Origin: Myxococcota bacterium
Lineage (GTDB): Bacteria > Myxococcota > JACRCW01
Direction: 5' to 3'
DNA: 32,830 bases
Assembly: GCA_040752415.1 (NCBI GenBank)
Contig: JBFMGU010000119.1
Span: 1-32,830 of the forward strand
Below, one piece after another: positions 25,836-32,830 of this stretch (its first letter is position 1; every line of letters begins with the position of its first letter). A model generated the notes under the pieces. The model was not told the DNA's origin. It saw only the letters and a program-made list of their open reading frames with translations, and searched no databases. The position numbers and the translations under genes were made by a program.

Positions 25836-26678
25836 ATGCCCATCTTCACGCGCCCCGACGGCACCCTGGCCCGCGACGTCCCCGCCTACCGCCGGCTCAT
25901 GCCGTACCTCATGCGCACCCGGAATGAGTCCGCCGTCTACTTCGACCAGCAGCTGGACCTCACGCGGACCGTGCCGTTCCTGCAGCGCTTCAACATGGGG
26001 AGCTCGCACCGCGCCACCGTCTTCCACGTCTTCCTCTACGCCGCGGTGCGGGTGATGCATGAGCGGCCGCGTCTCAACCGCTTCGTGGCCGGCGGGCGCA
26101 TCTGGCAACGGGATGGCATCTGGGTCTCCTTCTCCGCCAAGAAGTCCCTCTCCGACGACGCACCCATCGTCGTGGTGAAGCGGCGCCTGGATCCCACGCA
26201 TGACTTCGCAACGATGATGGCGTCCCTGGGTGAGGGCATCAGGGAAGGTCGCAGCGAGAAGAAGAGCACCGTGGACAAGGAGCTGGCCGTGATCCTGGCG
26301 CTGCCCGGCCCGCTCATCCGCCTGGTCATGGCCGCGCAACGTTTCCTCGACGGGTGGGGCCTCCTCCCGCGCGCCATGATCGACACGGACCCCATGTACG
26401 CCTCGCTGTTCGTGGCCAACCTGGGGAGCTTGAAGATGGAGGCCGCCTCACACCATCTCTACGAGTACGGCAACATCCCCATCTTTGCCGCCGTGGGTCG
26501 CGTCAAGAACGTCCCCACCGTGCGTGACGACGGAAGCGTGGCCTCCCACACCGTCTGCGACGTGAAGTACACTTTCGACGAGCGCGTGGAAGACGGGTTG
26601 TACTGCGCGCAGGCCATGGAGCGGCTGCGCCACATCGTCGAGGACCCGGACCAATACGTGACGTTGCCGCGCGGTTGA
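25836..26678 (+). CDS. stand-alone 2-oxoacid dehydrogenase E2-type acyltransferase catalytic domain
   Basis: 280 aa. Motifs 'RPRLNRFVAGGRIWQRD', 'FVANLGSL' and 'YTFDERVEDG'. No lipoyl domain. Confidence 0.8.
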   Translation: MPIFTRPDGTLARDVPAYRRLMPYLMRTRNESAVYFDQQLDLTRTVPFLQRFNMGSSHRATVFHVFLYAAVRVMHERPRLNRFVAGGRIWQRDGIWVSFSAKKSLSDDAPIVVVKRRLDPTHDFATMMASLGEGIREGRSEKKSTVDKELAVILALPGPLIRLVMAAQRFLDGWGLLPRAMIDTDPMYASLFVANLGSLKMEAASHHLYEYGNIPIFAAVGRVKNVPTVRDDGSVASHTVCDVKYTFDERVEDGLYCAQAMERLRHIVEDPDQYVTLPRG

Positions 26679-26840
26679 TGTCGCACACGCACGCACGTCG
26701 ACGCTGCACACGCGTCGTGACGTTGATGCGTTGGATTCGGGAAGACATGTGATCGCGATTGCGTCCGACGGCGGCGGTGTCGGACGGCCGCCGTTACATC
26801 CCCCCTGAGCCACCCCAAACAGGAAACGTGGAGGAACGCG

Positions 26841-27491
26841 ATGTTCAAGTCACGCGCTTTGGCACTTGTGTGCCTTGCGGGCGCCGCGCTGGCCATGGGT
26901 TGCCAGGGCGGTGGTGCCTACTTCTGTCTCAGCGACGCGGATTGCGGCGCCGGCGTCTGCTCGCCGCAGCACCAGTGCACGGCAGTCCAGGATGAGGCGC
27001 CCTCGCGCCAGCAACAGCAACAGCAGGACATTGACCGCACGGACAATGACGACAACACGGTGACCCGCAGCGACGGTCGCACGGTGTGGACGTTGGACCT
27101 GGAGAACGGCTACTTGCGCGGCAGCCTGGGTGAGGTCCGCAACTACGCCAATGACGCCTCCACCATGGTGGGCGAGTACGACGGCACGTACACCACCATC
27201 ACCCTGCTCTCCGAGACGGGCGACGAGGCGGTGATGACCATTGTGCGCGTGCGCGGTGAGCTGGGCGCCATGCAGCTGGAGCGCGGCGTGCCCACCGAGA
27301 TTCCCGCCAACATGGGCACCGTGGTGGGCTGCAGCGGTGACCCGTCCGACGGCTGGGACTTTGACGAGCCCGCCGACGAGGTCACCGTGGTGATGGATGA
27401 GCCGGAGGACGGCCGCCGCAACTACACCGTGACGGGCCGCTTCGGCGACGACATGTTCGTGACGACGTTCGATGAAATCGACATCCAGTGA
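26841..27491 (+). CDS. putative lipoprotein with Cys-rich N-terminal module
   Basis: GGAGG SD, a signal peptide with lipobox LAMG-C, 'CLSDADCGAGVCSPQHQC', a poly-Q linker and an acidic beta-rich domain. Confidence 0.7.
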   Translation: MFKSRALALVCLAGAALAMGCQGGGAYFCLSDADCGAGVCSPQHQCTAVQDEAPSRQQQQQQDIDRTDNDDNTVTRSDGRTVWTLDLENGYLRGSLGEVRNYANDASTMVGEYDGTYTTITLLSETGDEAVMTIVRVRGELGAMQLERGVPTEIPANMGTVVGCSGDPSDGWDFDEPADEVTVVMDEPEDGRRNYTVTGRFGDDMFVTTFDEIDIQ

Positions 27492-27704
27492 GCCGTCCTC
27501 GGATCCGCGCGGAGCCGCTGCCCAGCCGCCGTGGCTCCCCCCGGATTCCCCGCGGCCCCGCCTCCCCACGGGAGCGGTACCGCGCTGACGGGTTGACCGT
27601 GTGAGCCCCGCCTCGCTCCGCCCGGTCCCCGCGTTCCCCTCGACGTCGTCACCATTCCCCTCCGGGCCAGCGCGCTGAAGCTCACGCCGCGGTCGGTCGT
27701 CCCA

Positions 27705-27767
27705 TCCCTCGGCACCCTTGCCTTCCACCCGCCGTTGCGGGGAAGGTAGCCCCCTTTCCGAGGGAGG
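27705..27767 (+). promoter_or_regulatory. nested stem-loop overlapping the dctP ribosome-binding site
   Basis: tccctcgg (27705-27712) pairs with ccgaggga (27758-27765) and encloses tgccttcc/ggaaggta and ccgc/gcgg. The SD GGGAGG is at 27762-27767. Confidence 0.4.
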
Positions 27768-27774
27768 AACTTCC

Positions 27775-28785
27775 ATGGCTCGCTGGCTGACCCTTTTGTT
27801 GGCACTCCTGACTTTCGGCTCCGTGCAGGCGGCGGACGGTCCCACCGTCATCAAGCTCGCCACCGTGGCCCCCGACGGGAGTCCCTGGGCGCAAGGCCTG
27901 CAGGAGTTCAAGAAGCTGGCGGAGGAAGGCAGCGGCGGGAAGATCAAAGTCAAGCTCTTCCTCGGCGGCACCCTCGGCGACGAGAACGAGACCGTCCTGG
28001 CCTGCAAGCGCGGACAGATTCAAGCGGTGGGCGCGTCCACCGGCGCGGTTGCCTCGCAGGTGCCGGAGGTGAACGTGCTGGAGCTGCCCTTCCTGTTCAA
28101 CACGCTGGAGGAGGCGGACCACATCCTCGACGTCGTGGCGGGCGCGAGCTTTGACAAGTATTTCAAGGACCGCGGCCTGGTGCTGGGCTTCTGGAGCGAG
28201 AACGGCTTCCGCTCCTTCGGCGGCAAGTTCCCCGTCAGCAAGCCCGCGGACCTCGCCGGTCGCAAGATGCGCAGCCAGGAGAATCCCATCCACCTGGCCA
28301 CCTACCGCGCCTTCGGCGCCAGCCCCGTCCCCATCCCCACCACGGAGGCGCTCACCGCGCTGCAAACCGGCGTTGTCGACGGGTACGACCAGACGCCGCT
28401 GTACGCGTTTGCCGCTAGCTGGCACACCGCGTCCACGCACTACTCCATCAGCAATCACATCTATCAGCCCGCCGCCATCGTCTATCACAAGCCGTTCTTC
28501 GACTCGCTGCCGAAGGATGTGCAGGATGCGCTGGCCAAGGCCGGTGCCGCCGTCGTCAAGAACCTGCGCAAGAACGTGCGCGCGCTGACGCCCATCCTCA
28601 TCGAGAACCTGACGGCCAGCGGCCTCAAGGTGAACACGCTCACCGACGCGGAGAAGGCGGAGTTCGCCAAGCTGGCCGCCAAGGTGCGTGAGGACTACGT
28701 CAAGGGCGCCAGCAAGGGTGAGCAGGACCTGTACGCGCTCATCCAGAAGGGCCTGGCCGACTTCCGCAAGGGTGGCAAGAAGTGA
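27775..28785 (+). CDS. dctP: TRAP transporter substrate-binding protein
   Basis: Signal peptide and motifs 'IKLATVAPDGSPW', 'GGTLGDE', 'LELPFLF', 'ENGFR', 'DLAGRKMR' and 'ALQTGVVDG'. Confidence 0.93.
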   Translation: MARWLTLLLALLTFGSVQAADGPTVIKLATVAPDGSPWAQGLQEFKKLAEEGSGGKIKVKLFLGGTLGDENETVLACKRGQIQAVGASTGAVASQVPEVNVLELPFLFNTLEEADHILDVVAGASFDKYFKDRGLVLGFWSENGFRSFGGKFPVSKPADLAGRKMRSQENPIHLATYRAFGASPVPIPTTEALTALQTGVVDGYDQTPLYAFAASWHTASTHYSISNHIYQPAAIVYHKPFFDSLPKDVQDALAKAGAAVVKNLRKNVRALTPILIENLTASGLKVNTLTDAEKAEFAKLAAKVREDYVKGASKGEQDLYALIQKGLADFRKGGKK

Positions 28786-29561
28786 GCAGCCCGACGGGTG
28801 GGGTGCAGGCCAAGCTCCACAAGGTGGAACAGCGCCTGGTGGGCATCTGCATTGCGGTGATGGGCACGGTGGTCTTTCTCGACGTCGTGCACCGTACCGC
28901 GTCGCGGGAGAACGGCCTCTTCCAGAAGATCTTCGGCGACGCGCCATGGGTGAACCCCGCGGGCACCGCCACCGGCCTCGCGGTCTCGTGGCTGCTGGTG
29001 TTCGCCGCGCTGCGCACCCGAGGTCGTCCGGGTGGGTCGCGCACCGTCGTGGAGGCCGGGGTCCTCACCGCCGTCCTCTACGGCCTGCTGCGACTGTTCC
29101 TCGTCGTGGTGCCCAACGGCATTGTGTGGAGCCAGACGCTGGGGCTGGTGCTCATGTTGTGGGTGGGCTGCATTGGCGCCTCCATGGCTGCGTACGAGCA
29201 CCGGCACCTGGCGCTGGACCTGGGCAGCAAGCTCTGGCCGCGCAAGCTGCTCCCCTACGCGCAGGCCGCGGGCAACCTGATCACCGCGTTGTTCTGCATC
29301 GTTCTCGTCGTGCTCAGCGTGGTCAGCATCCGCAGCCACTACGGTGATTACGCCGACACGGCGGGTGCCGGCGGGGCGTTCGTGGCGCTGCCCATTCCCA
29401 AGTGGATTGCGTTCACCGCCATCCCCGTCGGGTTTGCCATGATGGCCGGCCGGTTCCTGGGTCAGTTCGTGGACAGCATCAAGGGTCACGTCGAGGAGGA
29501 TGACCCGCTGCAGATGCTCGGCCTTTCCCAGAGCGGCGACGAGAAGAAGGAGGAGGCCTGA
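28782..29561 (+). CDS. dctQ: TRAP small permease
   Basis: Motifs 'WSQTLGLVLMLWVGCIGASMA..RHLALD' and 'IPKW..AIPVGF'. GTGA overlap with dctP. Confidence 0.88.
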   Translation: MSSPTGGVQAKLHKVEQRLVGICIAVMGTVVFLDVVHRTASRENGLFQKIFGDAPWVNPAGTATGLAVSWLLVFAALRTRGRPGGSRTVVEAGVLTAVLYGLLRLFLVVVPNGIVWSQTLGLVLMLWVGCIGASMAAYEHRHLALDLGSKLWPRKLLPYAQAAGNLITALFCIVLVVLSVVSIRSHYGDYADTAGAGGAFVALPIPKWIAFTAIPVGFAMMAGRFLGQFVDSIKGHVEEDDPLQMLGLSQSGDEKKEEA

Positions 29562-31243
29562 TGGGTACCGTGGTCCTCCTGTGCGTGCTGGCGCTGGTGC
29601 TGCTGGGCGCGCGTCTGTTCGTCGTGGTGGGCGTGGCCACCATGCTCTCCTTCATCCTGATTGCCGGTGAGGGCCTCCAGATCGAGGGGCTGGTCCGCAT
29701 CGTCAACAAGATGGAGAACCTCACCACCAAAAACGTCTTCCTCTCCATTCCGTTCTTCGTCGCTGCGGGCACCATGATGACCCGCGGTGGCATGGCGCTC
29801 CGGCTCATCCGCGTGGCGCGCGCGCTCGTCGGGTGGCTGCCGGGAGGGCTGGCCATTGCCGCGGTGCTCGCGTGCATCGTCTTTGCGGCCATCAGTGGCA
29901 GCTCGCCGGTGACGCTCGTCGCGGTGGGCACCATCATGTACCCGGCGCTCGTCGAGTCGAAGTACCCGGAGCGCGCCTCCATTGGCCTGCTGACGACGGC
30001 GGGCTCGCTGGGATGCCTGGTTCCCCCGTCGATTGCGATGCTCATCTACGCCATCAGCGTCAGTGGCTCCGCGGCGGTGGACCCCTCCGACCTGTTCCTC
30101 GCCGGTCTCGTCCCCGCGCTGGGCATCACGTTGATGTTGAGCCTCTACGCGTACCTCGTCGGACGGAAGCTGCCCAACGCCAGTGAGCCGTTCTCGTTCA
30201 AGGCGCTCGTGGAGTCGGTGCAGCAGGGTGCGTTCGCGCTGGCGCTGCCCATCATCGTCCTCGGCGGCATCTACACCGGGCAGTTCACGCCCACGGAGGC
30301 GGGTGCGGTGGCGTTGGCCTACAGCACCATTGTCACCACCGTGGTGCACCGCGACCTCAAGGTCCAGGACCTGGGCGCCATCTTCGCCGAGAGTGCCACG
30401 CTGATTGGCAGCCTCATCCTCATCGTGGTGCTGGCGTTCGGGCTCAACGACTTTCTCGCGGAGATCGAGGCGGCGGACCGCATGGGAGAGTGGCTGCGCA
30501 GCGCCAACCTCAGCCCCATGATGTTCCTCCTCGTCGTCAACGTGGCGCTGATCTTCCTGGGCGCGCTCATGGACAGCGTCAGTGCCACGCTGGTCTTTGC
30601 GCCGCTGCTCGCCCCCATTGCGCTGGAGGTCTACGGCATCGACCCCATCCACTTCGGTGTCGTCTTCGTCGTCAACATGGAGATTGGGTACCTGGCGCCG
30701 CCGGTGGCCACCAACCTGTTCGTCGCGGCGGCCATCTTCCGTCGCCCGTTCGGCGAGGTGACCGTGGCCGTGCTCCCGACGCTGGGCATGGTCTGCGCCG
30801 CGTTGGTGGTCATCATGTACGTGCCCACGCTCTCCAAGGGCGTGCTGAACCTGAAGCAGGGCCAGGCGTTCTACGAGTCGTTCCCGTGGAATGGTCCGCC
30901 CGGCAAGGCCGCCGCGGTGACGACGACGGAGCAGCCCGCTGAGCACCCCAAGCGCCCCATGACCATGGAGGAGATGATGAAGGCCGCGGAGCAGAAGGCC
31001 GCCGCGCCGGAGCAGCCCAAGCGCCCCATGACCATGGAGGAGATGATGAAGGCCGCGGAGCAGCGCGTGGCCGCGGAAGAGCAGGCACCGGCCCCGCCCC
31101 CTCCGACGACACCGGCACCGGGCAAGCCGATGACCATGGAAGAGATGATGAAGGCGGCGCAGCAGAAGGTTGCCGCCGAGGAAGCCGCGCGCGCGGCCGA
31201 AGCGCCGCCTCCCGCCGCCCAGCCGGCCCCGTCCACGCCGTGA
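29561..31243 (+). CDS. dctM: TRAP large permease with repetitive C-terminal tail
   Basis: Motifs 'SIPFFVAAG', 'FAAISGSS', 'GSLGCLVPPSI', 'FTPTEAG' and 'GIDPIHFG..NMEIGYLAPP'. Confidence 0.95.
   Translation: MGTVVLLCVLALVLLGARLFVVVGVATMLSFILIAGEGLQIEGLVRIVNKMENLTTKNVFLSIPFFVAAGTMMTRGGMALRLIRVARALVGWLPGGLAIAAVLACIVFAAISGSSPVTLVAVGTIMYPALVESKYPERASIGLLTTAGSLGCLVPPSIAMLIYAISVSGSAAVDPSDLFLAGLVPALGITLMLSLYAYLVGRKLPNASEPFSFKALVESVQQGAFALALPIIVLGGIYTGQFTPTEAGAVALAYSTIVTTVVHRDLKVQDLGAIFAESATLIGSLILIVVLAFGLNDFLAEIEAADRMGEWLRSANLSPMMFLLVVNVALIFLGALMDSVSATLVFAPLLAPIALEVYGIDPIHFGVVFVVNMEIGYLAPPVATNLFVAAAIFRRPFGEVTVAVLPTLGMVCAALVVIMYVPTLSKGVLNLKQGQAFYESFPWNGPPGKAAAVTTTEQPAEHPKRPMTMEEMMKAAEQKAAAPEQPKRPMTMEEMMKAAEQRVAAEEQAPAPPPPTTPAPGKPMTMEEMMKAAQQKVAAEEAARAAEAPPPAAQPAPSTP
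30947..31165 (+). repeat. three coding repeats PMTMEEMMKAA(E/Q)Q in the dctM tail
   Basis: Identical 48-bp copies at 30947-30994 and 31016-31063, and a diverged third copy at about 31124-31165. Confidence 0.93.
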
Positions 31244-31246
31244 TGT

Positions 31247-32665
31247 ATGCGGACCTTGCCGTACGGTGAGGACGCGGTCCTCCTGGAAACGGGTCCGGGG
31301 CGTACCCACGCCGTCGCCAGTTGGCTGAGAGACAGGCTGCCCAACGCGGAGATCGTCGTCGGTGGAGGCGTGGTGCTCGTGCGTGGCGCCACGGGCGCGC
31401 TGCCGGATGTCACCCAGGCGCCGCCGGTGTCGACGAGCGGACGACGTCACGAGATTCCCGCGGTCTACGACGGGCCCGATCTCGACCTGGTGGCGCAGGC
31501 CAGTGGTCTCTCTCGTGACGACGTCATCCGGGTCCACGCGGAGCGTGAATACACCGTGGACCTCATCGGCTTCCTGCCGGGCTTCGCGTACATGCAGGAG
31601 GTGGATCCGCGACTGGTGATGCCGCGCCGCCCGTCGCCACGGCCGCTGGTGGCGCGGGGAAGCATTGGCATTGCCGGGACCATGACGGGGATCTACCCGT
31701 TCGCCTCCCCCGGCGGATGGAACCTGTTGGGCCGCGCTCCCGCAACGCGCGTGTGTGACCCGCAGCGCACACCCGCCACGCTGTTCGCGCCTGGCGACGT
31801 GGTGCGCTTCGTGCCGCGTGATGACGTCGAGGACGTGGTCGAACACACGCCAACGCCGCCGACGGTGACGCGAGGGCTGCGCATCCTGTCCATCCAGGCG
31901 GGGGCCACGATCCAGGACGGAGGACGCAGGGGTCTCCTCGGCCAGGGCATTGCGCCTTCTGGTGCCCTCGACGGTGAAGCGCTCGCGCTGGCCAACGGTG
32001 TCGTCGGAAATCCCGCGGGAGCAGCGGCGGTGGAGATTCCGCTCGGTGGCGCGGAGCTCGGCGCGGTGGGTGACCTCCTGCTCGCCACGGACGACGGTGA
32101 CGTCCACCACCTGCGCGACGGGGACCGGGTGGCCATTGCGCCTTCCTCCCGCGCGGTGCGCTACGTGGCGGTCGCGGGTGGTGTCGAGGTGCCCGTGGTG
32201 CTGGGCTCCCGATCGACGCTGCTGGTGGCGCGGCTGGGGGGCTTCCTGGGACGCGGGCTGCGCAAGGGGGACGTGATTCCCGTCGGGAACAGCACAGGAA
32301 CACCTGTGAGCGTGGAGCCACTGCGCTCCGGTGACGTCGAGGTCTCTCCCGGGCCGCACCTGGACCGTTTTCCCGCGGGCGCGTGGGGCGCACTTCTGCG
32401 TGGCACGTGGCGCATCTCGCCGCTGATGGATCGTGTGGGCGTACGGCTCGAGGGTTCGCGCATTCCCCGGGAGGGACCGGACCTCGCGCTGCCCTGCCCC
32501 ATGATCCGCGGCGCCATCCAGGTGACGACGGACGGCACGCCCATCATCCTCGGTCCCGACCATCCCGCGACGGGCGGCTATCCCGTCCTCGCCGTGGTGC
32601 GCGCCGGTTCCCTTGGCGCGTTGGCACGTCTGCGACCCGGCGCCAGCGTGCGTTTCCGTCCCTGA
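31247..32665 (+). CDS. fused PxpB-PxpC (5-oxoprolinase B/C; AHS1-AHS2/KipI-KipA family)
   Basis: B part: 'YDGPDL', 'GFLPGFAYM', 'SPGGWNLLG'. C part: 'TIQDGGR.G', 'SGALD', 'VLGSRST', 'DRVGVRL', 'GAIQV..DG.PIILGPDHPATGGYP'. Confidence 0.9.
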   Translation: MRTLPYGEDAVLLETGPGRTHAVASWLRDRLPNAEIVVGGGVVLVRGATGALPDVTQAPPVSTSGRRHEIPAVYDGPDLDLVAQASGLSRDDVIRVHAEREYTVDLIGFLPGFAYMQEVDPRLVMPRRPSPRPLVARGSIGIAGTMTGIYPFASPGGWNLLGRAPATRVCDPQRTPATLFAPGDVVRFVPRDDVEDVVEHTPTPPTVTRGLRILSIQAGATIQDGGRRGLLGQGIAPSGALDGEALALANGVVGNPAGAAAVEIPLGGAELGAVGDLLLATDDGDVHHLRDGDRVAIAPSSRAVRYVAVAGGVEVPVVLGSRSTLLVARLGGFLGRGLRKGDVIPVGNSTGTPVSVEPLRSGDVEVSPGPHLDRFPAGAWGALLRGTWRISPLMDRVGVRLEGSRIPREGPDLALPCPMIRGAIQVTTDGTPIILGPDHPATGGYPVLAVVRAGSLGALARLRPGASVRFRP

Positions 32666-32830
32666 CGCTCACAGCCTTTCCTCCAGGCCCAAGGGCGTTG
32701 CGACGTCGTGAGCGGACCACGACCTGGAGTGCGGCGGGCCCTCGCCGCCCTGGCCAGCGCCGAGTGCGTTCTCAATGTGTGGAACGGTCCTTGACGGGGT
32801 CGCCCACGGTCGACGTCTCCGTGAGCGTCG

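Noticed and set aside
30947..31165. Possible CRISPR-like direct repeats with spacers
   Set aside because: The repeats are in frame inside dctM, vary at synonymous positions, have irregular spacing, and there are no cas genes.
29486..32563. 1025-aa minus-strand ORF
   Set aside because: It is the antisense shadow of dctM/pxpBC in high-GC DNA, is Arg/His/Gly-rich and has no motifs.

Overview
High-GC bacterial chromosomal segment, probably Myxococcota/deltaproteobacterial. That assignment is inferred from the lysS-lolE-lolD order, an RdgC-like gene pair and a Cys-rich lipoprotein. About 30 genes, mostly housekeeping or envelope: an AsmA-like protein, a glyoxalase-like protein, a KaiC-like double ATPase, a PLP-dependent enzyme, a vapBC-type toxin-antitoxin pair, lysS, lolC/E-lolD, a DUF429-like nuclease, an App1-type phosphatase, a DMT-like transporter, ppx, a BoxB-like protein, ruvA, an M20 peptidase, DUF2071, Uma2, a split GlpT-like MFS transporter, a two-gene RdgC-like pair, a stand-alone E2-type acyltransferase, a lipoprotein, TRAP dctPQM and fused pxpBC. 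I saw no rRNA, tRNA, CRISPR array or transposase. The most notable items are: (1) a BoxB homologue that appears to have lost its di-iron ligands and is coupled to ruvA; (2) an MFS transporter with a PDZ-like/4-Cys insertion that is also broken in its central loop; (3) a ~325-bp nested inverted-repeat element with GTAG-footed hairpins (REPIN/MITE-like); (4) a ppx - SLC35B-like transporter - EF-hand/App1 gene run; (5) a DctM tail with three Met-rich repeats. All family calls come from recalled motifs; no database searches were run.
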